From the NCBI GenBank assembly GCA_964515545.1, contig CAZERI010000001.1:205553-269552 (forward strand): 64,000 nucleotides of DNA, read 5' to 3'. The notes under the pieces are model-generated. The model did no database searches. It worked only from the letters and a program-made list of their open reading frames with translations, and was not told where the DNA came from. The position numbers were made by a program, and so were the translations under genes. Source of the stretch: an uncultured Gammaproteobacteria bacterium (lineage in GTDB: Bacteria; Patescibacteriota; Microgenomatia; Levybacterales; UBA12049). Position 1 is the first letter of the stretch. Every line of letters starts with the position of its first letter. This document shows positions 19,118-29,394 of the stretch, piece by piece.

Positions 19118-20026
19118 TTACTTATTAAAGAGGATAATTCGGATTGCCTTTTTAAGCTGCTTTCTCTTAAGAGTTACTAGGAGAAGGACAGCTGTTATAA
19201 CTACTATAAAGACTAGTGCTAGGTAGGGGAAGACAACAACCGTTCTATCCTCAGTAACATAGTTGCCATTGCCCATACTTACTGCCATTTTTAGATGGTA
19301 GATGTTCCAGGATGGGAGGCTCAGAGATTTTTCCCATCGCCTGACATTCCCAGGGAAGATGACTTTATCTTCCCAAATTGTCTTTGTGGAGTGAGTAAAA
19401 AGGGGCGTAACTGTTAAGATTGGTTTTGCGGTAACGTACTCAAGGCCAGTATTTTTTACTCGCAGCATCATTTTGATATCCCCTGAGTTATTAAGAAGGT
19501 GTGGAGTGAAGGTAAGGATTGCGAGCTGACGTGTATCCTGTACGCCCACACTTCCAAGCATTAATACTCCAATACGGGCGATAACTTGGGTGGCCCTTTC
19601 CATACTTGATGGCTCAGGCACAGGCTCGAAAAAGAGCATACCGAAGTATCCTCCCACAGGAATTTTCTGAGGAGTTTTGATTTCAAGCCGGACAGTTGCC
19701 TTATTGTGGGGGGGGATAAGAAGCTCATGAGGTGTAACAGTAGACCAGGAGAGAAGAGGGTTTCTGGCAGTTGACTGGATATCATACCCACCGTCTTCAC
19801 CCGTTGTCTGAAAGTCGGAAAATACTGCCCGCAATGGTTGTGGTACTGATGATATATTTTCTATTACGATATCTTTTAATATATTTTGATTAGGGGATAG
19901 TTGGAGGGGGATAATAACTGGTGTGACTTTAAGAGCACTCGCCGGAACGGAGGAGTCTGCTGCATGGGTAACACTCAGGGGCGAAATGGCCATCATAACT
20001 ATAATTAGATAAATAATTTTTTTCAT
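19118..20026 (-). CDS. cell-surface protein with signal peptide and C-terminal TM anchor plus basic tail (DUF916-like), paralog of 16981..17925
   Basis: C-terminal LALVFIVVITAVLLLVTLKRKQLKKAIRIILFNK; same architecture. Confidence 0.55.
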   Translation of the reverse strand: MKKIIYLIIVMMAISPLSVTHAADSSVPASALKVTPVIIPLQLSPNQNILKDIVIENISSVPQPLRAVFSDFQTTGEDGGYDIQSTARNPLLSWSTVTPHELLIPPHNKATVRLEIKTPQKIPVGGYFGMLFFEPVPEPSSMERATQVIARIGVLMLGSVGVQDTRQLAILTFTPHLLNNSGDIKMMLRVKNTGLEYVTAKPILTVTPLFTHSTKTIWEDKVIFPGNVRRWEKSLSLPSWNIYHLKMAVSMGNGNYVTEDRTVVVFPYLALVFIVVITAVLLLVTLKRKQLKKAIRIILFNK

Positions 20027-20028
20027 GG

Positions 20029-21108
20029 TTAATACTCAGGTACTACATTATAAAGAACAGTTGTCGTATACTTTCCTGCCTTTTTTGTCGCATCTGTTGT
20101 GACTCTGTACGATATAGTAAATGTCTCATTTGATATTGCCGATAGTACCGGACCTGCGTGATCTGCCACAGGATCTCCAGGAGAAGAAGTAGTAAAGCCA
20201 GCATACTTAGTCCCGCTGCTAAAGCGAGTGTTGGTGCCACCTGAGAGATCATTGTCATCCGTGGTGTAGCCAAAGCCAGCGCCACTCCATGAGGTAGGGC
20301 TTGAGTTTGCGCTCGCATAATTAGAAATGGTTGTCGTTCCATCAACGGTATGAGTGAGAGCTTGTGTTTCCCGTGCATTGACGACATAGCCATTATAGGC
20401 ATTGGTGGAGGTGGTAAGGACAGTTGTTTGGGAAGAATCAGTATAGGAATTACCAGCATTAAGGTTACTAAAAGTGATGCTACTGTTACTGGTGCTGAAG
20501 GTAAGCGTAGGGCTTGAAGTAGTAATGCCGGCTGTGGCAGGACCCCATTCAGATTCAGTAAAGTTGACAGATCCCTGTCGAGCCTTGGCTCTGACGTAAT
20601 ACGTCGTCCCTGCTGCAAGACCTGTTACATATTCACCAGAGCCGCTGCCCCAGTTAGCATAGGTCTGAAAGTCGCTTGTGGTGAGCGTAGGACCAATCGT
20701 ATTATCACTTTTTATATAATTTACATCGCTTACAAAGCTACTGTCAGTACTGATCTGAAGAGCGAAAGTGGCATCACTTGGATTGCTACCTGTATTTACT
20801 ACTACGAGGAGGCGGTCGTAGTTAGTGCCTGGATTGGTGACAGTTGGGGCAGGAGGGACATTCACTTTGAGAAGATAGGTGAGGCCTGAACCAAGCTTGA
20901 AGTTAGTCGACGATAATCTACCTAATTCTAGTTCACCAGCTGTACCATAGAGTTTGAAGTTAGTAGATGACAGGCTGTCTCCACCTGCTCCAAAGCTATA
21001 GCTTTTTAATTCAAAGTTAGTACTCGCTGGACCAGCCCACGTGACGTGGGGAAGGAGCATAAGGCAGATTAGCAAGGCCAGCACTATGCGAGGCAGAGAT
21101 CGAGTCAT
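20029..21108 (-). CDS. secreted Thr/Ser-rich surface protein (WxL-like candidate), first gene of operon
   Basis: Signal peptide; motifs PTSW..GFGYTTDDND..TRF; C-terminal YTTTVLYNVVPEY. Confidence 0.6.
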   Translation of the reverse strand: MTRSLPRIVLALLICLMLLPHVTWAGPASTNFELKSYSFGAGGDSLSSTNFKLYGTAGELELGRLSSTNFKLGSGLTYLLKVNVPPAPTVTNPGTNYDRLLVVVNTGSNPSDATFALQISTDSSFVSDVNYIKSDNTIGPTLTTSDFQTYANWGSGSGEYVTGLAAGTTYYVRAKARQGSVNFTESEWGPATAGITTSSPTLTFSTSNSSITFSNLNAGNSYTDSSQTTVLTTSTNAYNGYVVNARETQALTHTVDGTTTISNYASANSSPTSWSGAGFGYTTDDNDLSGGTNTRFSSGTKYAGFTTSSPGDPVADHAGPVLSAISNETFTISYRVTTDATKKAGKYTTTVLYNVVPEY

Positions 21109-21297
21109 ACTTTTAGTGTAGAGGTGGAAGGCATCAGGTGCAAGCTGCTTTTAGGGATTCCCATCATCTGCGAATAAGGAAAGGATTTTTCACAACAGGA
21201 AGCTAGGAGAGACAAATCTATGTATACAATAGTATGCATATTTATCTAAAAACTAACATCTTCCGTGAAAAATTGACCGCCTGCTCTAGAATTATCT

Positions 21298-21329
21298 TAA
21301 ATATAAATTACTTAAGTAATTTATATTTA
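21298..21329. promoter_or_regulatory. perfect 32-bp palindrome (TTAAATATAAATTACTTAAGTAATTTATATTTAA-type) ending on the A of the giant-gene ATG
   Basis: 16/16 arm positions complementary by manual base-by-base check; centred on CTT|AAG at 21313/21314. Confidence 0.5.
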
Positions 21330-24300
21330 TGCAAAAGATCCTGCCCAAAATACAAACAAAAAGTGTTCTCCTTTTCACAGTTGTTTTCACGCTTGTTCTA
21401 GGAGTGGTTTTTAGACTGCACACTGTTTATGCTGCTGCTGGTATTAATCAGCAGGTTAATTTCCAAGGCAAATTAGTCACTAGCAGCGGACTCAATGTCT
21501 CTAATGGAAGTCAGACAGTGGTCTTTACGATCTATGACAGAGCTAGCGGTGGAACGGCTCTCTGGACTGAGTCACAAAGTGTCACCACGACTGATGGTAT
21601 TTTCTCAGTCCAGTTGGGATCTGTGACTCCAATTCCTAGCACCTTTAACTTTAACTGGGATGGATTATACTTAGGCATCAAAGTGGGAGCAGATAACGAG
21701 ATGACACCTCGGATTCGCTTAGCAGCAGTTCCCTATGCCTTTAATGCTCAAAAAGTCGCAGGACTCACGGTACAGGATACATCAGGGAATGCTAGTACCT
21801 CAGGTACGCTTCAGATTGCTAATAATAAGACTGTCTCATTCGGAGATGCGTTCACGACGAGCGCCAATGCCTTAACATTGACGACCTCAGGAATAACGAA
21901 TGTGACACTCCCAACTACAGGTACGCTTGCGACACTTTTAGGCTCTGAGATTTTTAACAATAAAACAATTGGATCTGCGGGACTCGTCTTCTCAGGCTCA
22001 TCAACAGATATCACAACGGGAACGAATGAGGATTTGACACTTGTCGCCAATGGGACTGGGTTAATTAATCTTAATGACAATGTAACGCTGGGTGGCTATG
22101 CGACTATTTCTGCTTCTTTGGCTGTCGGCTATACGTCAGTGCCTGGGGGAACAGGAAATGCTCTTTTCTCAGGCAATGTCGGTATCGGTACAACAAGCCC
22201 TCTCCAGAAATTATCACTCCAGGATGGGCAGATCTTTATGGGAACTACAGGAGTGAGTCAATTTGAGAGTGGACGTATCCGTTTTTCAGAAGAAACGAAC
22301 TCGTTTTTGGGAGCATATCTACACTATGACGGAGCAGCTAATAACTTCAATATTGGCGTCCATAATACCCAAGATCAGACTGTAGGAAATGATACAAATA
22401 TCATTATTATCAATCGAAATTCCGGTAATGTCGGTATCGGTACGACAACATTAACTTCGTCATTTAATGTCAATGGAGGAATTAGGGCAGCTGGCGCAGT
22501 GACTGGATTGACTGGACTTACCTTAACAAGCGGAGCGATTAATCTGGGAGGGAGTGATGGGACAGGGACGCTGTGTCTTTTGGGTGGATCGACAGCAGCC
22601 TGGGGAAGTTGTGGGACATCAAGCCAATGGACAACAACAGTAAATGATATTTATTACACAACTGGCAACGTGGGTATTGGAAGTACAGCGCCTCTAGGAC
22701 TTCTCAATGTAGATGGTAAAGCCACAGGGAAAGCCCTGGCTATTTTCAATCAACTAGCAGGAGGGGATCAAGACCTTTTCATTGCATCACAAGGAGGTGT
22801 GATGAAGTTCAGTATTAGTAAAACAGGGTCAGCATCAATGTCGGGAGGATTAACACTCGGAGATGGAACAGCAGCTAACAATATTCTCCGTACTCCTTAT
22901 GGTCCACTTACCTTACAGTATAAGTCAGGTGGTAATGCATGGTCTACAGGCATTATTTTGAAGGATAATAACGGCAATGTCGGTATCGGTACGACTGATA
23001 CTTCGTTTGGCTTTACCACGATAAATAGTACAGCCAACCCAGGTCAAACTGTACTAAGACTAAACGGCAATGATGCTTCCTATGCTAGTCTTCAAATAAA
23101 CACAACGCAGTCAAGCGCTAATGCTCAATTGAACTATATGAATCAGGGAGTTCTTAAGGCAATAACAGGCATGAGCAGCGGTGATTATTATATCAGCACT
23201 GGTGTTAGCATTGCCGAAAGATTCCGAGTAGCCAGTACAGGCAATGTCGGTATCGGTACGACAGTTCCTGTAGGGCTTTTCAATCTGGATGGTCTTGCCA
23301 CAGGGAAAGCGCTAGCTATCTTGAATCAAAATGGCGGAGATCAGGCTATCTTCACCGCGAGTAAGTCAGGAGTAACAAAATTTGTTATCGATACTACAGG
23401 CAATGTTGGAATCGGTACGACAAATTCTAGCTACTCTCTTATGATTAACCCAAGTGGAGGAGCTGCAGCGACAACAAGCTTTTTTCAAGACGGAACAGCT
23501 TCCACGGGCAAGACAAAAGTAGTCATCAAGGCGGGAGCAGGACAGATTGGGGATTCAGCTGCTTATACCAACGGGATGCTGGAATTAAGGAACTCGAGTG
23601 ATACTGTCATCTTTGCAGCCGGAGCTGCAGGAGGAAGTAATATCTATGTTAATACGATTCGTCCAATCGTTGGCAACTCCCTAGCTATTCAAGGGTCATT
23701 CGGGGACTCATCTGGGGCGGATTTTGCTATAGGAGATTTTAATTATAATACTGGACAGGATGAACGAAGAAATACCAGCGGAGTAGCACAACAGCTGACT
23801 ATCCCAACTAGGTTCTCTCCGGCTTCTGGTACCGGTATATTTAATGCATTTGAAGTTAACTCCACTATTAATCAAAATGCCAGTGCGACTGGTGTATCGC
23901 GCGGTATTTATATCAATCCAACTCTGACGCTGGCTGCTGACTATCGTCCATTTGAAATAGCTGCTTATACTGACAATACTCCAAATACTGGGACTTCATA
24001 CGGGGCATTAATTAATGCGACAACGTATGACTATGGTTCATCAGTCAGTATGACAAGCGCTAATAGTATGACAATTACTGGAGCTCCAATTGGCTCTAGT
24101 AATGTGACTATTGGGACAGCAGCCGGACTTGCTATTCAAAGCGGTTCTCTTACCGGTGTTACGAATAGTTTTGGTCTTTTAGTTAATGCCCAGACAGGGG
24201 CAACCAATAATTATGCTGCAGCTTTCTTAAATGGCAATGTCGGTATCGGTACGACAGCACCTGGCAGTCAGCTCCAGATTGCTTCGAACACAACTACTCT

Positions 24301-27300
24301 CTCACAGATGCGTTTGACTTCTTCAGGCGGAACAAATGTCTCTTCACCAACCAGTGGAGACATGTGGTGGAATGGGACTAATCTGTATTTTTATAACGGT
24401 TCTACCAATAAAGATCTTTTGGCAGGTGGGGGATCGTCTCAATGGACCACTGCGAGCAATGATATTTACTATACCACGGGCAATGTCGGTATCGGTACGA
24501 CACTGCCTACAGGGAGACTTAATCTAGGAGCTGCTACGACTTCACTTTCTCAGATCAGACTTAATTCATCAGCAGGGGTGAATGTCTCCTCCCCTGGTAC
24601 CGGAGATTTGTGGTGGAATGGGACTAATCTTAATTTCTACAACGGCACAACGACGAAAGATCTTCTGGGAGATGTATTGACTATTATTAAGTCATCAGAT
24701 GAGACAGTGACTAACTCGACAACTCTTCAGGATGATGATGAGTTGACATTTGCAACTGGAGCCAATCAGACATGGATTGTTGATTATGTCGTCCAGGGAA
24801 GCGTAGATGCTGCTCCCGATATCCAACTTGCAGTGACTGCTCCCTCAGGTTCGACTTGTCGAGTGAATATGGCTGATAATCAATCATTTACCAATACCCA
24901 GGATAATATCGGTTGTGGTGTAGCGATGATTGCCAGCGGTAACGGCACATCCGATCTCTACTATATTAAGGGAGTTATCACTACAGGTGGAACAGCAGGG
25001 AACATAACACTCCAATGGACACAGAATTCAACTAGTCCAAATGCAGTCACAATACTTACAGGCTCATATATGACTGCTTATAACATGACTAATGCTAATT
25101 TAACTGCTGTTACGCAGTCGGAGTGGGTGAGGAATAATGGAGTAATTACGCCTAAAGGTTCATCAGTAACAGATCTCCTATTAGGTTCATCTGCTACTTC
25201 TTCGGCAAAAATTGGCTTTATCAATCTCACCTCAGGAACTCCGACAGCTACTCTCTCGGGTAATATCAGCTTTAATAATATTGCAGGAGTCTCAAATCAT
25301 CAGATAAATCTTAATGATAATGGATCTCTGAATTTCGTTAGATCGCCAGGTGGAGAAGGAGGTGCTGCAGCCAGCTCAGCCTTCTTTATCTCCAACACCG
25401 GCAACATTGGAATAGGTGTTACAGCTCCTACTGGACTCTTCAATGTTGAAGGAGCTGTTACCGGTAAAGCATTATCTATCTTCAACCAAAATGGCGGAGA
25501 TCAGGCTATCTTTACCGCGAGTAAGTCAGGGGTAACTAAATTTATTGTCGATACGAATGGTAATGTCGGGATTGGTACAACCGCTCCAGAGGAGAAATTA
25601 ACAGCCAATGGTAATATCCTTATCCAGTCACAGCCAACATCTGCTAATTCTGATATGCAGTCCTGGACTAAGATTACCGGTACTGCCGGAACAATAGGCG
25701 GAGGTACTTCAGGTGTTGCCTCTATTTCTGCATCTGTTGTTTATAACGGAAGCCTGTATATCGGTACAAATAATACCAACAATGCTGAGATTTATCGTTA
25801 TGATGGAGAACAATTGGGAACATGGACGAAGGTCTCAGGTACTGCCGGAACAGTTGGTGGTAATGCGACAACTGCTATAGATATGATCTCCTCACTTACT
25901 GTCTATAACGGCTACATCTACGCCGGAACGACAGAAACCGATAAGGCTGAGGTCTACCGCTATGACGGAGGATCTAGCTGGACTCAGGTGAATGTGACGA
26001 ACACTGCAGGAAAGTTTGTAACAACAACGGCCATAGATGGAGTAAGTTCAATGGCTGTTTTTGGCGGGAGACTATTCATCGGAACTCAAGAAGGTGCCAA
26101 AGCTGAGGTCTATATGTATAACGGTGGGACCACCTGGAAGGCGGTTAATGGTACTGCAGGCACATTTGTAGCCACCAACTCAATTAATATGGATGCAGTT
26201 ACCCAAATGGTAGTTGTTAATAATCAACTTGTTATCGGCACTAAGAAAAATGGCGATGCGGATGTGCTCCGTTGGAACGGAATAGTCGGAGGAAGTCCTT
26301 TCTTTGCTTTGAATTTAGCCAGTACTACAGGGTCATACCTTATTGATAACTCTGCGCAGACGGGCTATAACGAGGTAACTTCTATGGCTGTTTGGGCAGG
26401 AAAATTAGTAATAGGTCTAAGAAGAGGAGCAAATCAGGCAGATATCCTGATGTATCAAGAGCCTCCAGGCGGAGCTGCACCTATTAACAGCTGGACGCGT
26501 CTTACTAGTGCTCTTGGCACAATAGGTACTGCCAATATTGACAATGTCTCAGCGATGACTGTCTATGCAGGTAGATTATATGTAGGAACTACTGAAGCAA
26601 ATGGAGCTGAGATTTATCGTTATGATGATGGTTTGTCGTGGACACGAGTCTCGCAGAATACTGCTGGTAGAATTGCTGCTGGAGGTACTTCTTCTATTGA
26701 CTCTATAGCGACGCTTATTAATTATAACCACCGCAGTCTCTTTGCCGGAACGTGGGAGGGGACATCAGCAGAAGGTTATAGCTATGCTGTATCAATCGAC
26801 CAATCATATGCTCTAAAATTTGATGCAGGTGCGTCTCAGGGCGGTGGAGAACAGAATGGCAATGATAATTTAGGACAGATCTTCTTTGTAGCATCTCTCT
26901 CTGCTAACTTGAACAACAAAGCTGGCAATACCGGATCTTTTGTCTTCAGTCATAGTATTGTCACCAATAATGGCTCATATGACGTGGCTGAGGATTACCC
27001 AACGCGTGATGATACGTTGGAGCCTGGGGATGTCATATCCATTGATACTAATGAGCGAGGATTTGTTAAAAAGTCAGAAGGAGACTATGACTATACTGCC
27101 ATCGGTGTCTACTCAGCAAAACCAGCCTTGCGGCTTTCTCAGGACGATGATCTGATCAGTGGAGGAAGAGCGATTCCGGTAGCTCTTGCTGGGCGAGTAC
27201 CTGTCAAAGTCAGTACAGAAAATGGCGAGATTAAGCCAGGCGACCCACTTACCCCTTCTTCTACATCAGGAGTTGCGATGAAAGCTAAGAAATCAGGTCT

Positions 27301-28402
27301 TATCATTGGCCAGGCTATGGAAGGCTATGACGGCAAGGGAATAGGAAAAGTACTGGTTTATCTAAAATCCACTTCCTATCAGGGAAGTATCGCTGAGAAC
27401 TTTACTGGCCTTAATCCTAAGGATGCCTCATTTGGTCAAAATATCCTGGCTGCCTTAGCGGAACAGGGCCAAAAGACTGATTCTGAGGTAATAACTGATA
27501 CCTTGATAGCAGGGCTTCAGATAGTAACACCTCGTATAACAACGCATGAAGCATCAATTGATACGATCTCAATTGCATCTGGATCGGCTCTGTCTGTCCA
27601 TATAGGTGATAACGGAAAGGTTATTTTTGGGGATGATGAGGAGACTGGAATTGTCTTTGATAATAAGGGAAATGCTCAATTTGCAGGGACTATTACGGCT
27701 AAGAAGATTAAAGCTGATAGTATAGAGGGACTAGAAATAATTACCGGACAGATGAGAACCCTTACTAATACCTTTGCCTCAGTTAGTGCCTTGATGGCTC
27801 AGGGATCTAGTCAGTCTGTCATGGGAGTGGCTACGAGCTCTTCACAAATTGTAGGTAATACTCCAAATACTCTTCAGATGCCACTGGATACTCTAGCGGT
27901 GACTAATGACGCGATAATAGATGGTAAATTGAGAGTTAAAGGTTCAGGCCTTATTGAGGGAGTACTCAATGTCATTGATACCTTTACAGCCAACGACATC
28001 GTCATTAATGGTCTTGCTACATTCTTTGACAATGTAGTCTTTAAGAAAGACGTCATCTTTGAAGGCAGACCAACACTTAATAATGATAGTGCTGGTTTTG
28101 CTGTAATCAAGAAGGGGGATAAGCAAGTTGATGTGATATTTGCTAATGAGTACGAAACAACACCTGTTATCAATACCAGTATTGTTTCGGAAAAAGCAGA
28201 TAATAATGAAGAACAAACAAAGCAAGATGAAATAGTATTGGCAAATGCTGCTAATTACGTCATTACCAATCGAACTAAGAAAGGCTTTAGTATCCTTCTG
28301 AAGAACTCATCTGATATAGACCTTAATTTCTCATGGACGGCAGTGTCTATTAAAGATTCTAAGACATTTAAAAGTGATGTGATGCCGACATCATCTCCGT
28401 AG
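21329..28402 (+). CDS. giant secreted surface protein, 2357 aa, with repeated GNVGIGTT units and YRYDG beta-propeller-like repeats
   Basis: N-terminal signal/TM; at least 9 copies of the GNVGIGTT motif encoded by a near-identical 23-bp DNA repeat; single uninterrupted ORF. Confidence 0.85.
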   Translation: MQKILPKIQTKSVLLFTVVFTLVLGVVFRLHTVYAAAGINQQVNFQGKLVTSSGLNVSNGSQTVVFTIYDRASGGTALWTESQSVTTTDGIFSVQLGSVTPIPSTFNFNWDGLYLGIKVGADNEMTPRIRLAAVPYAFNAQKVAGLTVQDTSGNASTSGTLQIANNKTVSFGDAFTTSANALTLTTSGITNVTLPTTGTLATLLGSEIFNNKTIGSAGLVFSGSSTDITTGTNEDLTLVANGTGLINLNDNVTLGGYATISASLAVGYTSVPGGTGNALFSGNVGIGTTSPLQKLSLQDGQIFMGTTGVSQFESGRIRFSEETNSFLGAYLHYDGAANNFNIGVHNTQDQTVGNDTNIIIINRNSGNVGIGTTTLTSSFNVNGGIRAAGAVTGLTGLTLTSGAINLGGSDGTGTLCLLGGSTAAWGSCGTSSQWTTTVNDIYYTTGNVGIGSTAPLGLLNVDGKATGKALAIFNQLAGGDQDLFIASQGGVMKFSISKTGSASMSGGLTLGDGTAANNILRTPYGPLTLQYKSGGNAWSTGIILKDNNGNVGIGTTDTSFGFTTINSTANPGQTVLRLNGNDASYASLQINTTQSSANAQLNYMNQGVLKAITGMSSGDYYISTGVSIAERFRVASTGNVGIGTTVPVGLFNLDGLATGKALAILNQNGGDQAIFTASKSGVTKFVIDTTGNVGIGTTNSSYSLMINPSGGAAATTSFFQDGTASTGKTKVVIKAGAGQIGDSAAYTNGMLELRNSSDTVIFAAGAAGGSNIYVNTIRPIVGNSLAIQGSFGDSSGADFAIGDFNYNTGQDERRNTSGVAQQLTIPTRFSPASGTGIFNAFEVNSTINQNASATGVSRGIYINPTLTLAADYRPFEIAAYTDNTPNTGTSYGALINATTYDYGSSVSMTSANSMTITGAPIGSSNVTIGTAAGLAIQSGSLTGVTNSFGLLVNAQTGATNNYAAAFLNGNVGIGTTAPGSQLQIASNTTTLSQMRLTSSGGTNVSSPTSGDMWWNGTNLYFYNGSTNKDLLAGGGSSQWTTASNDIYYTTGNVGIGTTLPTGRLNLGAATTSLSQIRLNSSAGVNVSSPGTGDLWWNGTNLNFYNGTTTKDLLGDVLTIIKSSDETVTNSTTLQDDDELTFATGANQTWIVDYVVQGSVDAAPDIQLAVTAPSGSTCRVNMADNQSFTNTQDNIGCGVAMIASGNGTSDLYYIKGVITTGGTAGNITLQWTQNSTSPNAVTILTGSYMTAYNMTNANLTAVTQSEWVRNNGVITPKGSSVTDLLLGSSATSSAKIGFINLTSGTPTATLSGNISFNNIAGVSNHQINLNDNGSLNFVRSPGGEGGAAASSAFFISNTGNIGIGVTAPTGLFNVEGAVTGKALSIFNQNGGDQAIFTASKSGVTKFIVDTNGNVGIGTTAPEEKLTANGNILIQSQPTSANSDMQSWTKITGTAGTIGGGTSGVASISASVVYNGSLYIGTNNTNNAEIYRYDGEQLGTWTKVSGTAGTVGGNATTAIDMISSLTVYNGYIYAGTTETDKAEVYRYDGGSSWTQVNVTNTAGKFVTTTAIDGVSSMAVFGGRLFIGTQEGAKAEVYMYNGGTTWKAVNGTAGTFVATNSINMDAVTQMVVVNNQLVIGTKKNGDADVLRWNGIVGGSPFFALNLASTTGSYLIDNSAQTGYNEVTSMAVWAGKLVIGLRRGANQADILMYQEPPGGAAPINSWTRLTSALGTIGTANIDNVSAMTVYAGRLYVGTTEANGAEIYRYDDGLSWTRVSQNTAGRIAAGGTSSIDSIATLINYNHRSLFAGTWEGTSAEGYSYAVSIDQSYALKFDAGASQGGGEQNGNDNLGQIFFVASLSANLNNKAGNTGSFVFSHSIVTNNGSYDVAEDYPTRDDTLEPGDVISIDTNERGFVKKSEGDYDYTAIGVYSAKPALRLSQDDDLISGGRAIPVALAGRVPVKVSTENGEIKPGDPLTPSSTSGVAMKAKKSGLIIGQAMEGYDGKGIGKVLVYLKSTSYQGSIAENFTGLNPKDASFGQNILAALAEQGQKTDSEVITDTLIAGLQIVTPRITTHEASIDTISIASGSALSVHIGDNGKVIFGDDEETGIVFDNKGNAQFAGTITAKKIKADSIEGLEIITGQMRTLTNTFASVSALMAQGSSQSVMGVATSSSQIVGNTPNTLQMPLDTLAVTNDAIIDGKLRVKGSGLIEGVLNVIDTFTANDIVINGLATFFDNVVFKKDVIFEGRPTLNNDSAGFAVIKKGDKQVDVIFANEYETTPVINTSIVSEKADNNEEQTKQDEIVLANAANYVITNRTKKGFSILLKNSSDIDLNFSWTAVSIKDSKTFKSDVMPTSSP

Positions 28403-28422
28403 ACTGTCTATATTGACTTTCA

Positions 28423-29394
28423 TTGTATGGCGATCTTACTATAGTTCTTGTGAGTAAGAAAAAAGTTTTTCTGGTTTTCTTGGGTGTAAGTATTATTCTT
28501 AATCTCGGATTGGGATTTTTTATACTTAAGAATAGTGACAGGATCTCTCAGTCAAAAAACTTTTCTCGAGAACAGGAAAAGTATCCACTGCTCTCCAAGC
28601 GTATCCTTCAGGAATTTCCTCAGGATGTCCTCGTAAACTTTCTCGATCTGAGAAATCAACTCAGGCAACAGGCTGCAAGCTTTGGAGATAGCTTTGGGTT
28701 CTACTTTGAGTATTTGCCAACAGGTACGTCAATTAATATTAATGGAACAAATGAGTTCCATGCTGCTTCACTTTTCAAGCTTCCGGTTGTCATGGCTTAC
28801 TATCATAGTCGTGAGCGATTCAACTCGAAAGACGATCCAGAGATCACGCTCACGAAGGAGATGATTGATAATCAGTTCGGAGATCTTTGGAAGAAAGGTC
28901 CAGGTTACAAATTGAAGACATCAGAGGCTGTAAGGCTGGCCCTTACTGAGTCAGATAACACGGCAGCTCGTTCACTGGTACCACTTATTGATAAGAGTGA
29001 TTTCGAAGCCGTGTATCAGGGACTGGATATCGATCTCCAGTCAGACAATGAAGGAGCGATACTCAGTGCGAAGAGCTACTCTTCTATTCTGAAGGCACTC
29101 TATTTCTCGGCAGCTTTGGATAAGGATAGCTCTGAGGAGATTCTAGATACTCTAACCAAAACAAAATTCCCAGACAAATTGGCTGCGGGTGTCCCTACAG
29201 ATGTCCTGGTGTCACATAAGATAGGAGACTATAATGACGATCAGGGTAATGAAGCATTTATGGATTGTGGCATAGTCTATGTCCCAAGGAGACCTTATAT
29301 ACTCTGTATGCTCTCAGTCGGCAATGAGCAAATAGCAAGAGAAAGAATGCAGGCTATTTCTAAAACAATTTATAGCTATATTGAGCCTAAATGA
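28423..29394 (+). CDS. membrane-anchored class-A beta-lactamase-fold serine hydrolase-like protein
   Basis: SxxK (ASLFK), SDN (TESDNTA), K-x-G (HKIGD) motifs; N-terminal TM. Confidence 0.5.
   Translation: MYGDLTIVLVSKKKVFLVFLGVSIILNLGLGFFILKNSDRISQSKNFSREQEKYPLLSKRILQEFPQDVLVNFLDLRNQLRQQAASFGDSFGFYFEYLPTGTSININGTNEFHAASLFKLPVVMAYYHSRERFNSKDDPEITLTKEMIDNQFGDLWKKGPGYKLKTSEAVRLALTESDNTAARSLVPLIDKSDFEAVYQGLDIDLQSDNEGAILSAKSYSSILKALYFSAALDKDSSEEILDTLTKTKFPDKLAAGVPTDVLVSHKIGDYNDDQGNEAFMDCGIVYVPRRPYILCMLSVGNEQIARERMQAISKTIYSYIEPK

Noticed and set aside
22180-25580. Regularly recurring 23-bp repeat GGCAATGTCGGTATCGGTACGAC, considered as a possible CRISPR array
   Set aside because: The repeats are in-frame coding units (GNVGIGTT) inside one continuous ORF with variable, long spacing. 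No cas genes were seen and the structure is not that of a CRISPR array.
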